From UHGV virus genome UHGV-0364842: 28,424 bases of DNA; one strand, written 5' to 3'. Numbering within the stretch: position 1 is the stretch's first letter; each line of letters starts with the position of its first letter. This DNA comes from a virus. This document shows positions 9,376 to 19,735 of this stretch, piece by piece. The notes under the pieces are model-generated. The model saw only the letters and a list, made by a program, of their open reading frames with translations. It was not told the origin of the DNA and made no database searches. The translations under genes and the position numbers were made by a program.

Positions 9376-9911
9376 TGCTGCACACAATTCATTTCTTATG
9401 CCCCGTTAACACCGCCACTGTTGGGCAACTTCAGAACCACTGTCTCACCGCATTATCTCAAGGCGCAACTGAATTAAATATCCATATATCAAGTCAGGGA
9501 GGGGAAACTGCCGCTGGTTTTACTGCGTATAACTTTCTTAAGTCACTCCCTGTTACCGTTAGAACTCACAACATAAGCAATGTTGAATCCATAGCTAATA
9601 TCGTTTTCCTGGCTGGCTCAGAACGTTTCGCAAACCCATTATCAAGATTCCTGTTACATCCTCTATTATGGGGCTTTGCCACCCCAGCCGCCGACCATGC
9701 CAGACTGAGAGAGTACGGGAAATGCCTCGATAACGATCTTGATCGCTTCGTTGAGACGTTCAATATCGACATCGGAACCCATATTAGGTGGGCATCCCTG
9801 ATAGCAGACTCGACCATTTTGGATGCTAACAAGGCTCTTGAGCATGGCATAATTAATTCCATAAAAACTGCAAGGCTGGCATCCAATCAGGCAAACTGGT
9901 GGGTTGTTTGA
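9375..9911 (+). CDS. ClpP-family serine protease-like protein, N-terminally truncated relative to ClpP
   Basis: 178 aa; aligns with the ClpP core by eye: ISSQGG vs INSPGG; Ser in NVESIAN vs GQAASMG; His in LLHPL vs MIHQP; Asp in ADSTILD vs ERDRFLS; ALEHGIINSI vs AVEYGLVDSI. Start overlaps the mnt stop (TAATG). Confidence 0.6.
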   Translation: MLHTIHFLCPVNTATVGQLQNHCLTALSQGATELNIHISSQGGETAAGFTAYNFLKSLPVTVRTHNISNVESIANIVFLAGSERFANPLSRFLLHPLLWGFATPAADHARLREYGKCLDNDLDRFVETFNIDIGTHIRWASLIADSTILDANKALEHGIINSIKTARLASNQANWWVV

Positions 9912-9936
9912 TGGGTAAATCATGATTACTCCTTAT

Positions 9937-9962
9937 AAAAAACCCACCTGACGGTGGGTTTC
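9937..9962. terminator. bidirectional rho-independent terminator
   Basis: AAAAAA-CCCACC-tgac-GGTGGG-TTT; sits between the convergent ClpP-like gene (+) and lipoprotein gene (-). Confidence 0.6.
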
Positions 9963-9967
9963 ATTTC

Positions 9968-10387
9968 TTAATCTTGCTTCGTGGAAGGTATAAGAGATGC
10001 ATTTGCCTCTTTTGGCTTCAATGTATACATCCCACCATTAAATGGATCAACAGCAAGCCAACCAATTAACCCACCAAACACAAGGTTTCCACCAATATAC
10101 CAACCATTAGCATTGGCTTTGATTGGCAGGGTAACTGGTTCGTACCCATCCTTCTCCATAGTGATCTGGTAGCTCTTTTTGCCAAAATAGCTACCATCTG
10201 ACTTGGCGAGTGTTACACCTTGTGGAGTCTTACCTTGCGCAACAATCACACCCGATTCATCTTTTACCTTAAAGCTCGCGCCAGAAGGATTGCTGTTCAC
10301 TTGCACAAGTTGCGTTTCATCACCAACAATAGTTGCGCACCCAGATAACATGATAACGCCAGCAACGACGCTAATAATCCTCTTCAT
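9968..10387 (-). CDS. lipoprotein with PEGA-like domain (candidate moron / superinfection exclusion)
   Basis: Signal peptide MKRIISVVAGVIMLSGC with an LSGC lipobox; PEGA-like segment (SNPSGASFKV...GKTPQGVTL...KDGYEPVT). An alternative start at 10399 is possible. Confidence 0.6.
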   Translation of the reverse strand: MKRIISVVAGVIMLSGCATIVGDETQLVQVNSNPSGASFKVKDESGVIVAQGKTPQGVTLAKSDGSYFGKKSYQITMEKDGYEPVTLPIKANANGWYIGGNLVFGGLIGWLAVDPFNGGMYTLKPKEANASLIPSTKQD

Positions 10388-10504
10388 ATCAATTTCCATA
10401 TTTAAAAAACCGGAAACATCCTAATGACAAAACATTCAAATGTGAAGTAGGCAAAAGATGTTTACTTTTTTCATGGTATCCTGCTCAAAACTAAGGAGGT
10501 TGGT

Positions 10505-10732
10505 GTGAAGCGATGGTTCCTCATAATTACTGTTTTCGCGATCATTTACACTATTTTCCCTGCATTAAAAGCACCAATGCAAATAATTTCACTAGCAATA
10601 ATTTCGATTGGTGCTTTCATTGCAGTAGCCGTACTTGTGTTTAAGGTTTTAAAGTTTTTAGTTTGGCTATCAAAAGATGATGGATGCAAAGTTCATCAAG
10701 AAAAAGAAGGCAAAATAACCAAAGTTGACTAA
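10505..10732 (+). CDS. small hydrophobic membrane protein (two predicted TM helices)
   Basis: GTG start after an AAGGAGG RBS; 75 aa with two hydrophobic stretches; AT-rich. Confidence 0.45.
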   Translation: MKRWFLIITVFAIIYTIFPALKAPMQIISLAIISIGAFIAVAVLVFKVLKFLVWLSKDDGCKVHQEKEGKITKVD

Positions 10733-12852
10733 CTGTCACTAGCGAGCCATGTAATAATCCCCGTGCGGGCAATGGTTTTTGCTTCATCTGTTGATAAGGT
10801 TTTCTCCCATCTCTTAAATGCCCCAGATTGCATCAGTTTCCTTTCTATTGCGCGTCTCACTTCTGCTCTGTCTACTGGTGCGTTTTGCAGGCGAAATAGC
10901 ATTGATTTAAACTCAGGAGAAGATAGCAGAGCATCAGCAGCCTTTATCCTGCTTGTTTTCCCTGACATCAATGCAGACGTTATCACCCCTGTTGCACCTA
11001 CACCAGGGAGACCAGATAAGCTTGTAATACCTTCCGCCGCAGCAGCTTTTGAGGCTATTCCATAAATTTTTGCGAGACTACCCTTTTCTTTCAGAAAGTT
11101 ATTAACTTGCTGATCCACAAGACTACTAGCATACTGCTTACCAGTATTGAGTCTATTCATAGCCTTAGCTGCTTGATAAATCGTATCAAGGCGCTTTGAT
11201 GCATCTGTGCCAATAGCATCACGGAGAGCCTTCATATTGGCCCCATTGCGTGACATTCCGTTATACCATTTTACAAATCCATCAACTCCTAATTGCTGAC
11301 CAGGTGATTTGGCATAGCTGGTAAATGCTTTATTCATTGAGGTGAGCGCAACTTCCTGCCGCATATCCTTTGGAATCGACTTCATTAATTGCCTAAAGTC
11401 GCCACCGTTTCCTTTTGCCATATTAACAACAGCACTTTCAACTTTTGGAATTGCTGATTGCTGAAGTTTTCTACCCAAGACGGTTACAGCATCATCTTCA
11501 ATGGATTTTCGTTTTTTTACCAACTCCTTACCAAGCGTCCATAATTCCCCTGCGCCATATTTTTCTGCGACAGCCTGTTGGTCATCTGTTATGGCTGCAT
11601 ATAACTTTTTAAGAACACCTGTTTCTTCATCCTTGAATGGACCAGAGCCTTTGCCAATAGCTTGTCCAACCTGCTTTCTAGCGAGATCTAAACGCCCATA
11701 CGTTGGCAAGGTGTTTGGATCAAGTCGGTTCAATGTCCGCTTCATTATTGGAGATAATTCATCAATTCCACCTATGTCATCAGCAAAATCCTCTAAAAAA
11801 TTCAATGTATTAGTTGCCTCAATCCGGTCTCTTACAGGAACCTTTTCGGCAATTTTGTTGTAGATGTTATCTGACTGATTTTGTAATGATGAAATGGTTT
11901 TATCAAAATTATCTGCAAGCCTGTCAGAAACCAGTTGCTTATCAAGGCTTCCCCCAAATGAAGTTATCATTTCATCAGCTTTTCTTCCTAATTCAGTAAT
12001 AAAACGCTTATGCGCCTCACTAATCTCTGTTCCAGGGAGACTTGCCACTGCATTATCAAGAGCCCTGACAGCAGGATTATTAGAGATCATGCCTGGAGTG
12101 GCATAATTTTCCAGTTCTAGCTCACGAATAGCATTTATCGCGTTAAAATCAGGATTAACTTCATCGGCGAAATCTTGAATAGCTCGTTGCCCGCCGATAA
12201 ATTTATTGTCCATTGCGCCAGCAGCTTTCTTTAACGTTGCTTTAGATGATTTACTACCCATCCCTACGGATGAGCGATAAATATCTCCGGCACTATTTTT
12301 AATTTTTCCTGCAATCTTCCCAAGCGCTGGACCAACAATCTCGGCTACAGGGCCAGCCACAGCGCCAATAGCAGCGCCGGAAGCAACATCGCTATTTGTT
12401 CCATTGGCTACAATAGCCCCTTCTCCAGCACCAAGCCCTGCGGCGGCAGCCAGCCTTGCCGCCCCTTTCGGAACCTGAGAAATAATCCCACCACCACTAA
12501 CAAATGGCGCTGCTTGTCCAACGAACTCACCAACATCTTGTGCGGTTGATGGTTTTGCCGCTAACTTCTGCTGTAGAGACTGAATTGCGGCTTGCTCTTC
12601 TGGTGTCATGTCCTGAAACAGGCCAACACCTTTACCAACATCCATCAATCCACTGAGAACGCCATACATAAAACGGTCGAAGCCGTTAGCATTATTAACA
12701 ACATTTTCCTGTCTGGAATTTTCCTCTAGTGAAACCAAAGGAGATTGCTGCTGTTCTGGTTGTGCATCAAGCACAAAGCCATCAGGAAGCTGTGAGTTAT
12801 CAGGCTGTTCATCCAGAACAAACCCCTCTGGTAAACCTACATTGGTTGCCAT
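10729..12852 (-). CDS. DNA ejection/transfer protein, gp16-like
   Basis: 707-aa ORF in the position of P22 gene 16 (last of the 7-20-16 ejection gene block); Ala/Gly-rich. Confidence 0.75.
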   Translation of the reverse strand: MATNVGLPEGFVLDEQPDNSQLPDGFVLDAQPEQQQSPLVSLEENSRQENVVNNANGFDRFMYGVLSGLMDVGKGVGLFQDMTPEEQAAIQSLQQKLAAKPSTAQDVGEFVGQAAPFVSGGGIISQVPKGAARLAAAAGLGAGEGAIVANGTNSDVASGAAIGAVAGPVAEIVGPALGKIAGKIKNSAGDIYRSSVGMGSKSSKATLKKAAGAMDNKFIGGQRAIQDFADEVNPDFNAINAIRELELENYATPGMISNNPAVRALDNAVASLPGTEISEAHKRFITELGRKADEMITSFGGSLDKQLVSDRLADNFDKTISSLQNQSDNIYNKIAEKVPVRDRIEATNTLNFLEDFADDIGGIDELSPIMKRTLNRLDPNTLPTYGRLDLARKQVGQAIGKGSGPFKDEETGVLKKLYAAITDDQQAVAEKYGAGELWTLGKELVKKRKSIEDDAVTVLGRKLQQSAIPKVESAVVNMAKGNGGDFRQLMKSIPKDMRQEVALTSMNKAFTSYAKSPGQQLGVDGFVKWYNGMSRNGANMKALRDAIGTDASKRLDTIYQAAKAMNRLNTGKQYASSLVDQQVNNFLKEKGSLAKIYGIASKAAAAEGITSLSGLPGVGATGVITSALMSGKTSRIKAADALLSSPEFKSMLFRLQNAPVDRAEVRRAIERKLMQSGAFKRWEKTLSTDEAKTIARTGIITWLASDS

Positions 12853-14186
12853 TGTCCGTTCCTGTAAATAATTTTCTGACCAGTTTTAGGATTTTTCGCG
12901 GTCATACCTTCTCGAAATGTTTGACCGCCAGATGTTGCTTGTTGTGTCTGTTGTTGCGCAGGCTGCTGAATATCTTCATACAGCTTGGCTTTTCTGGATT
13001 GCAATTGCTTAGTTAGTCCGCTGGGGAGAGAATCCCCATAAGTTGAAAGATAATCATCCATTTGCTGATTAAACTTTTCTCCTTCAGTATTTGCCATCAG
13101 TTTTGAGGTGTTGATTAAGTCTTGGACTTGCTCATTATTCAGCATCTTGCCGTTAGATAATTGGCTAACATAGTTACCAAGTGTGCCGAATATTCCATCA
13201 GTGCGTTTTACCTGCACTTGCTCACCTTCGCGTACCACAGATTGCGGATCCAGCGATTTCATATAGTTGAAAATCATTCCCAACTGCGCGGCAGGAGTGT
13301 TGCGCTTCCCAAGGGCTTGTAGGTTGTCAGCAGCACTGCGCATTGCAGAATAATTCTTTGAGAACCCATTAATATCACTATTCAGATCTCGAACAAGTTT
13401 TGGGTCAATCTTTCCGCTTTCCTGTTGTTTCATCCCTAATTCCTGCAACTTCAGGGCTACGTTATCATTATGCATTTGTGCCCGCTGAGCCCTGTCTAGT
13501 TGAGCGTTTTGGATATTTGCCCATCCTCTCGCGTTCTCCATGTCAGCCTGACGGATGCTTTCATCCAATCGCCCTTTCTCAAGTTGGCGACCAACCATCT
13601 TATCCTGATAATCCAGCATTTTATCCGGACCAACAGCCCCTAGCGTCATAGTAGTCAGCATGTGTGATAGCTGCTCTGGATTCTGGATACCTGTCTGAAT
13701 CATCCAGTCAGCATTCGCCCCCACGCGATTTAACCTGTCCTTGTTGTCAGTAATGAATTTACTGTAGGCTTCCGGTCCCTGAGAAAGAGCGACGTTAGCC
13801 CTCATGGCTAAATCGCCCATATCGTTGCGTTGCTGCTCATTAAGACCGGAAAACGCCTGTTGTGCCTGCGCAACAAACGCTGGATTTTCCTGGGCAAACT
13901 TAAATAGTCCCGATGGATCACCAGAAGCCCATGCATCAGCGTGAACCTTATTGAACGCACTAATCGCTTTCTGTTGCTGTTCCTGATTGTAAATATCAGC
14001 AACTCCAGCCAGACCACGTAACGCGGTCAGACCAACGTTATTTACACCTGAGCGAGCCAGTTCATTGTTTTCGCGGATCAGACCAAGCGTTGCGTTAATG
14101 TCGCTTGCCTTTGGCGCATTCTCATTTTGTGTACCGATGCCAGCCAGAAAACCACCAGAATTAATACCCTGTTGCCACGTAGCCAT
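12837..14186 (-). CDS. DNA ejection protein, gp20-like
   Basis: 449 aa; position and size match P22 gene 20 (about 471 aa). Confidence 0.75.
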   Translation of the reverse strand: MATWQQGINSGGFLAGIGTQNENAPKASDINATLGLIRENNELARSGVNNVGLTALRGLAGVADIYNQEQQQKAISAFNKVHADAWASGDPSGLFKFAQENPAFVAQAQQAFSGLNEQQRNDMGDLAMRANVALSQGPEAYSKFITDNKDRLNRVGANADWMIQTGIQNPEQLSHMLTTMTLGAVGPDKMLDYQDKMVGRQLEKGRLDESIRQADMENARGWANIQNAQLDRAQRAQMHNDNVALKLQELGMKQQESGKIDPKLVRDLNSDINGFSKNYSAMRSAADNLQALGKRNTPAAQLGMIFNYMKSLDPQSVVREGEQVQVKRTDGIFGTLGNYVSQLSNGKMLNNEQVQDLINTSKLMANTEGEKFNQQMDDYLSTYGDSLPSGLTKQLQSRKAKLYEDIQQPAQQQTQQATSGGQTFREGMTAKNPKTGQKIIYRNGQWQPM

Positions 14187-14196
14187 TGATTACCCC

Positions 14197-14889
14197 TTAA
14201 AACAACGAGCCAAGCAGACCAAGACCGCCGCCGATCGCAGCCCCCCACGGAGTTGATGAACCAATTAATTTCGCAAGTCCGGCCCCAGCAATAGCACCAG
14301 ACGCACCTCCGCCAATAGCAGATTGCATTGCTGATGGTCTGTTGGCATTTGCCGCTGCAAGAGCCGCACTTTGCTGCGAAATCTGACTCATATTGTTGGC
14401 ATATGTTTGCCCGGCGTTTGCCTGACCTTGCAGTGCGCCAAGACCAATATTTGCCAGATTCTGGTAGTTGTTCATCTGACCAGATAGCCATTGCTGACCA
14501 AGCGTTGGTGCGATTGTTGCTAACTGATTACCGGTTGCAGTGGAACCCAATCCACCTGTTGCTTCCGCTGCCGCCAGACTCTGATAGCGAGCCTGACCAG
14601 CAAGATCTTTGTACTGCTGAGAGTTGTAATACTGGTTAAGTGCCTGACCTTGCCCTTCCAGAGACGATAAGTTCTCGAGGCTGCCGACATACTTATCAGC
14701 CAGAGGAGTAAACGGCTTCAGGTTGTTCATGATGGTGTTGAACTGCTGATTTTGCAGGTCTGCGGCATACTTCTGGGCTTCTGCTGCATACTTTGCGCTT
14801 TTATCAGAGCTGCCACCTTTCCCGCCTTTTTCAGGGCAATAAGGTTCCTCGCCGCGCAGTTTTCTGCCCAGCTTAAATGCATATAACAT
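14197..14889 (-). CDS. DNA ejection protein, gp7-like
   Basis: 230 aa; N-terminus MLYAFKLGRKLRGEEPYCPEKGGKGG matches the recalled P22 gp7 (229 aa). Confidence 0.8.
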   Translation of the reverse strand: MLYAFKLGRKLRGEEPYCPEKGGKGGSSDKSAKYAAEAQKYAADLQNQQFNTIMNNLKPFTPLADKYVGSLENLSSLEGQGQALNQYYNSQQYKDLAGQARYQSLAAAEATGGLGSTATGNQLATIAPTLGQQWLSGQMNNYQNLANIGLGALQGQANAGQTYANNMSQISQQSAALAAANANRPSAMQSAIGGGASGAIAGAGLAKLIGSSTPWGAAIGGGLGLLGSLF

Positions 14890-14891
14890 GG

Positions 14892-15350
14892 CTATCTCCC
14901 GTGATTCAGGAAGTCGATTAGTTCTTCGCGTGTGGCGCTGTAAAAAGTCACGTCATCCACGCCTTTAAAGTATTTCTTGATGGTTCCGACACGCTTAAGG
15001 CCAATCATTGCGCAGTACATCTGACCGTGGCGGAATTTGCGTGCGGCGAACGATGTGACGCACTGAACGGTGGTGTTAGCCAGAATGTATCGCCAGAACG
15101 CCAGCCCGATTTCCTTGCTGAAGCCGCGAATCTCTGGCAGGTACATGGCGTGGCAATCGAATGTCAGCGGCTGAATCTCCTGATAGTAAACAATGCCGCC
15201 GAACTGCCCGTGCACGTTCACCTCAAAGTAACGGCATTCAGGTTTGTAGTCGTATCCATCACCGTTGTTGCTACCAGCGATAATGTCAGGGTGATTTCCG
15301 ACTGCTTCGATCAGGTCGATGTTTCGCGTTGGTTTGAACTGAATCATCAC
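14892..15350 (-). CDS. gp14-like head/tail assembly protein
   Basis: 152-aa ORF in the P22 gene 14 position between gp26 and gp7. Confidence 0.7.
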   Translation of the reverse strand: MMIQFKPTRNIDLIEAVGNHPDIIAGSNNGDGYDYKPECRYFEVNVHGQFGGIVYYQEIQPLTFDCHAMYLPEIRGFSKEIGLAFWRYILANTTVQCVTSFAARKFRHGQMYCAMIGLKRVGTIKKYFKGVDDVTFYSATREELIDFLNHGR

Positions 15351-16195
15351 TGCTCCGCGATTATCTTGATGGTTGTGGCAGTAAACGCCGCACCATTTGA
15401 CTGAATGGTTAACGTGCTGCCATTTGTGGCAAGAAAGCCGTCTTTATCCACGCTGAAGAACGTAGCTAACAGGATGTTATCGGTTGTTGTCGCCGCATTG
15501 CGACTGCTCACAAGTGTGTCAGGAACAGAGCCGGAAAAGGTTAGTTGCATTGATCTGTTGGCGGTTCCGCTGGGCCACGTCCCGACAATCGACAGCTTGA
15601 AGAACAAGGTTTTGTTCTCGTTGAACACAACCATCTTGTTGTTAACGGTGTCGAAGAATGGTGCCAACGAGCCGGATGACGGCGTGAGCGTTTTCAGCAG
15701 ACTAACAAGGTTAGTCGGCGCTGTCGGGATGGTTACAGATACGCCAGAGTAAACAACCTCTGACTTCTTGCGAGTAGTGGCATACTCCAGAGCATCGATG
15801 CGCGTTTCATGGTCTGAAAGCGTGTTTTGAATGGCGACAACTTCATCCGTCAGGTAATCAATATCGTTTTCTGCTGTCGTTAATCGTGAATCAAGGCCGA
15901 CTATCGCCGATTCTGCGTTAGTGATCCTTGTTTCGTGGTCCTGAATCTTAGCTTCAGCTGATGCCAGTCGAATTTCGTGATCGACAAGAATCACATCCTG
16001 CTCATCGTTCCTGACTTGTGCGTCATAAGCGCCCTGTCCGGCCTCGTTGGCCTTGTTAGCCACGTTACCAACATCAGTACCCTGTGCGATAACATAAAGC
16101 AGATACGACTGAGAGAAGATATTGCGTGGAAGTACTGATGTGTCGAGTCGTGTAGCCTGAATGATTACCGGAACATTGAGATTCGAATCCGCCAT
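15347..16195 (-). CDS. tail needle protein, gp26-like, with extended C-terminal knob-like domain
   Basis: N-terminus [43 protein letters not shown] matches P22 gp26; heptad-like coiled-coil repeats; 282 aa versus ~233 in P22. Confidence 0.85.
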   Translation of the reverse strand: MADSNLNVPVIIQATRLDTSVLPRNIFSQSYLLYVIAQGTDVGNVANKANEAGQGAYDAQVRNDEQDVILVDHEIRLASAEAKIQDHETRITNAESAIVGLDSRLTTAENDIDYLTDEVVAIQNTLSDHETRIDALEYATTRKKSEVVYSGVSVTIPTAPTNLVSLLKTLTPSSGSLAPFFDTVNNKMVVFNENKTLFFKLSIVGTWPSGTANRSMQLTFSGSVPDTLVSSRNAATTTDNILLATFFSVDKDGFLATNGSTLTIQSNGAAFTATTIKIIAEQ

Positions 16196-17613
16196 TACTC
16201 AATCCTTATCTGGCAGCCAGACAGAGTTACAGGTGACTTCGTGATAACGCGCAATTTGAAGCCAACATTTTTCCTGATGCGCCCTACTCGCTTCCACAAA
16301 ACGCGTTTGTCGTAAACGAACGGTTCATTCTGTTCAATCATCTGCTCACGTCCGTAATTTATGCCGTCAGTGGTTGCAGAGAGGAACAGGCGGTCGGCGT
16401 ACTGCGCAACGCCAGTTGACGATTCAACCTCAAGATCGAACACTCTGGCGTTATCCGCTTTGAACAACGGAGTAAACAGCAGGTGTTCCTGTTGCTTGTC
16501 GTACTGGCTGCTGATATCGAACTGCAATTTCCCTGTCATCGATTCAAGCTTATCGCCGCACGTTATTTGGTTGCCTTCGTAAATGAAGTCGATAGCGCGG
16601 TACACATCGTCATACAGGCCTGTTTTCAGTACACACCATTGCGGACCATTGGCGCTTGAAGATGCGTCGTACACGAGAACATGGCGCGGAAGGTGGATAA
16701 TCAGCAACTCATGAGCATCAAATCGCAGCGATTCCATCACACCATCAGCCAGTTCATCAGCAGTGTAGGAGCGGAGGATTTTCTCAATGCTCGCGCTGGC
16801 GATTGGTGAAACCTGACCGGATCCGATGATGTAAACAGACGGCGCACCTGTTGCCGGATTGCTGATGAACGCATACGAATCAGCGAATGGAGTTTTACAG
16901 TAGGTTCCGGCAATACCTTTCTGCACCATCAGCGATGGTTGTGCGACATACAAAGCGGCACCAACGGTGGTTGCACCAGTCAGGGAGAAATATTCAATCG
17001 TTGATGAACCAAAGCAGACGATGAAGTCTCGCCATGTGCCGATACCGATGATGCCGTCCGGCTGCGATTCTGCGCGATATTGTGCGCTGTAACGGTCAGG
17101 ATGCGATTCGTCTTCAAGGTCAGTGATAAACCATGAATCAGTACCGTCTTTTGACCACGCATAACGCCCACGTAAGCGCGTAATGTCGCGGACTGAGCCT
17201 AACTCATACTGCGTGAATCCGCTGTCTGTAGGCCAGTTTGAGACGGTTTTAACCGTGCCATCATAGCGATACTCGACCAGTTGACCATTAACGCCTACCG
17301 CCTGTGATGTTCGACCATGCGCCATTGATACGCGACCACTTCCGGCAACATCACCAACCTCGCTTTCGCCCTTATACAGCTTGCCACCACACACGCGATA
17401 AACAGCATTCTGCGCCATGTTGTACTCGACGCCTCGCGATACGCCGTTCACATCAGAACGTTTGGCAATGCCCGGGAATGAGCGAAGATATCCGCTGCTG
17501 TTCAGGATTTCTTTGGGTGTAGCCAACATATTCACTGGCAGATAGTCGATATAGTCGGCGTTTCTGAAGTCTTTGCCGACACCTTTCATAAGCGGAAGTT
17601 GCTGAATCGGCAT
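16195..17613 (-). CDS. tail hub / head completion protein, gp10-like
   Basis: 472 aa, the same length as P22 gp10 and in the conserved position. Confidence 0.8.
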   Translation of the reverse strand: MPIQQLPLMKGVGKDFRNADYIDYLPVNMLATPKEILNSSGYLRSFPGIAKRSDVNGVSRGVEYNMAQNAVYRVCGGKLYKGESEVGDVAGSGRVSMAHGRTSQAVGVNGQLVEYRYDGTVKTVSNWPTDSGFTQYELGSVRDITRLRGRYAWSKDGTDSWFITDLEDESHPDRYSAQYRAESQPDGIIGIGTWRDFIVCFGSSTIEYFSLTGATTVGAALYVAQPSLMVQKGIAGTYCKTPFADSYAFISNPATGAPSVYIIGSGQVSPIASASIEKILRSYTADELADGVMESLRFDAHELLIIHLPRHVLVYDASSSANGPQWCVLKTGLYDDVYRAIDFIYEGNQITCGDKLESMTGKLQFDISSQYDKQQEHLLFTPLFKADNARVFDLEVESSTGVAQYADRLFLSATTDGINYGREQMIEQNEPFVYDKRVLWKRVGRIRKNVGFKLRVITKSPVTLSGCQIRIE

Positions 17614-18114
17614 TTATTCGCTCCCGTTATCGCAAGGTTCCTTCCGGTGGAAGTAATTCCAACCGTTCCACTTCGCCAACTGGTTACCGCTACCAACAGG
17701 CATACGGTTTGGATAACCGGACTTACATTTAGCGGCTTTTGCTCTGTCCATTGCAGACAGTTTGACGAGTCGCTCTTTCCCGTATCTGGCAGTGGTTATA
17801 AGTTTTGCAGACGCTTCCAGCGCATAATCTGGAGCAATGCGGCAGGCAAGGTTGAAAATGACGGCATTGATAGCGTTATTTGATAAACCGTGCTCATCGC
17901 CCGGATCCGGAGCAACATCTGCATCAGCAAAAATGTAGCCAACGTTGATACCAGGTGACGCATCACCGCCAAGCCATTCAGCCATCATCATTTCAAGGTC
18001 GTTGACGCCGTCTTCCATAGACTGCGGTTCGACATCTGTTAACGTGGCATTTGATGCCACACCGAGCTTACGTAATGCCGCAAGAACTAAATCACCCTTC
18101 GTTGTCAGGTTCAT
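17614..18114 (-). CDS. head completion / tail adaptor protein, gp4-like
   Basis: Start set at the internal ATG (18114), giving [33 protein letters not shown], which matches the recalled P22 gp4 N-terminus; 166 aa. Confidence 0.75.
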   Translation of the reverse strand: MNLTTKGDLVLAALRKLGVASNATLTDVEPQSMEDGVNDLEMMMAEWLGGDASPGINVGYIFADADVAPDPGDEHGLSNNAINAVIFNLACRIAPDYALEASAKLITTARYGKERLVKLSAMDRAKAAKCKSGYPNRMPVGSGNQLAKWNGWNYFHRKEPCDNGSE

Positions 18115-18328
18115 CTGCTGCCGCCTTAGGTTTTCTACCAGGCTTTTTACGCTGTTTTTCTTCTGGCTCTGGCTCTGGCTCTGCAACATCCTTCAGAAGA
18201 TCATCAGGATGTGCAAACCAGCCAGCATCCAGATATTCCTGAAGCTCTTCGGCTTTCACGATTTCAAAGTCGTATCCAACGCCTTTCCACTTCTTCATGT
18301 CTCCATGACGAAAGATCATGTGTGTCAT
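18092..18328 (-). CDS. small hypothetical protein between coat and gp4
   Basis: 78 aa from ATG 18328 (GGAG RBS); acidic EPEPEPE stretch and basic tail; P22 has a small ORF at this position (from memory). Confidence 0.4.
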   Translation of the reverse strand: MTHMIFRHGDMKKWKGVGYDFEIVKAEELQEYLDAGWFAHPDDLLKDVAEPEPEPEEKQRKKPGRKPKAAADEPDNEG

Positions 18329-18340
18329 GCTTGTCTCCAG

Positions 18341-18364
18341 ATAAAAAAGGGAGCCGAAGCTCCC
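18341..18364 (-). terminator. rho-independent terminator downstream of the coat gene
   Basis: On the minus strand: GGGAGC-TTCG-GCTCCC followed by TTTTTTAT, immediately after the coat stop codon. Confidence 0.65.
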
Positions 18365-18372
18365 TCTGGTTA

Positions 18373-19668
18373 TCACGCGGTCTGGTTAGGCAGACCAACA
18401 CCAATTGCCTCTGGTCGTACAGCACATGCTGAATACCACACAGCAATACGGCACTTACCAGACAGAGTATTGATATCACCCTGCGTTGCGAAGATGCCGT
18501 TAACACCAATACCAGGAATGCTGAAGGAAGAAGTTTTCATGCCAGCAAACAGTTCATGGGTTACCGGGATCGGCTGAGACAGCAGACGGATTGAGTCATC
18601 AGCCCAGAACACGTTAGCGGTGGTTGTTGCCACGTTCAGAACGTTTACCGGAGTGGCATCAGCAAGATGGGTGTTTACGTTAGCGTAAGCCTTCTCTTCT
18701 TTTGTCAGTGACGCGTCATCCAGCGCAATCGGCTTCGGCGTGATTTCGATGTGAGTACCATCGATCACACGGGTGATTGAGAAAGTCGCATCATCAGTCA
18801 GCACGTTCTTCGCCATCTGAGACAGGAATTTCACACCAGTGAAGCTGATTTTGTCGCCGCGCTTAAATCCGGTGGTGGAGGATACGGTCACCGTTGCAAC
18901 ACGGTTATCGACGTTCTCTTTGTTACCATCGGTATCAAGGGTGTATGCCTGCGGCTTAAACTTCTGCGCACCAGAAACAGTTACACCAGTAGCGGTTGAC
19001 TTGGTAACTGCGGGAAGTTTCGGTGAGCGAAGAATTTCATCAAAGCCAGCAATCTGACGCTGAATAGTACCGTTGCGATACGCTTCTTCAGGAACGCGAC
19101 CGAAGATGTCACCATCTACCAGGTTGCGGCCTGCTTTGCGGTAATCGTCAGGGTTCAGGAAGTAACTGATGCCCATATCGCGGTTTAGCTCACGGGAGAA
19201 CATCAGGCGCTCTGCATCAGACACAAAATCCCAGCCAGACAGGCCAGTCGATGGACCAATTGCGCGGGTATCGTGAACAACAAGCGAGCCCATTTCAGTT
19301 GCCTGTTTGGCAATCGCTGACTCAATGTTATTCGCCAGTTTTTTGGCGGATGCCTGGATGCGGCGACGGTAAGAACGCTCATCACGCAGGTCATCTGCAC
19401 GAAGCTCGAAGAAATCGTTATCCGGATCACCCATGTTGCATTTCACGGAGAGTTCCAGAATCCCGGTTGCGTTGCCAGTTAAATCCCAGCCAGTCTGGGT
19501 TGGCGCTTCCTGCTCAACAGGCATCCACACGGTGTTGCTTGAACGCTGCATGGATTCTGCCGGAGGGGTGTATTTTGTCACTTTGGACGCCATTGGCGTC
19601 AGGTTCTGGACGGTTTCGATGATTTCATCGATAGCGTAAGTAACTAACTGCCCTTCTTTGAGAGTCAT
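18373..19668 (-). CDS. major coat protein, gp5-like
   Basis: 431 aa; extensive identity to the recalled P22 coat protein (EIIETV..., [27 protein letters not shown]). Confidence 0.9.
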   Translation of the reverse strand: MTLKEGQLVTYAIDEIIETVQNLTPMASKVTKYTPPAESMQRSSNTVWMPVEQEAPTQTGWDLTGNATGILELSVKCNMGDPDNDFFELRADDLRDERSYRRRIQASAKKLANNIESAIAKQATEMGSLVVHDTRAIGPSTGLSGWDFVSDAERLMFSRELNRDMGISYFLNPDDYRKAGRNLVDGDIFGRVPEEAYRNGTIQRQIAGFDEILRSPKLPAVTKSTATGVTVSGAQKFKPQAYTLDTDGNKENVDNRVATVTVSSTTGFKRGDKISFTGVKFLSQMAKNVLTDDATFSITRVIDGTHIEITPKPIALDDASLTKEEKAYANVNTHLADATPVNVLNVATTTANVFWADDSIRLLSQPIPVTHELFAGMKTSSFSIPGIGVNGIFATQGDINTLSGKCRIAVWYSACAVRPEAIGVGLPNQTA

Positions 19669-19735
19669 ATATTGAATACCTTACTTTCTTTATGTGCTAT
19701 ACTATTGTTATATCAACATATAGCGCATTAGGGTT

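Noticed and set aside
11501-12106. Plus-strand ORFs inside the gp16-like gene (11501-11863, 11814-11999, 11894-12106)
   Set aside because: Antisense shadow ORFs within a well-supported structural gene; Ser/Pro/Leu-rich translations typical of the wrong frame.
14078-14491. 137-aa minus-strand ORF overlapping the gp7 and gp20 genes in another frame
   Set aside because: Cys/Trp/Arg-rich translation typical of an out-of-frame reading of a Gly/Ala-rich gene; the in-frame gp7 ORF matches the P22 protein.
18163-18183. Tandem hexamer repeat (CTGGCT) x3
   Set aside because: Lies within the small ORF between coat and gp4 and simply encodes an EPEPEPE acidic stretch; too short and not spacer-interrupted, so not a CRISPR or satellite feature.
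17945-18577. 210-aa plus-strand ORF spanning the gp4/coat region, and similar antisense ORFs in the portal and terminase genes (for example 22458-22814, 22902-23216)
   Set aside because: Overlap strongly supported minus-strand structural genes on the opposite strand; no start-site signals; considered non-coding.
19669-19735. Possible sigma70 promoter for the HNH gene (TTGAAT ... TATACT)
   Set aside because: Spacing between the candidate -35 and -10 hexamers is about 20 bp, outside the functional range; the region also contains the coat-gene RBS on the other strand, so no promoter call is made.
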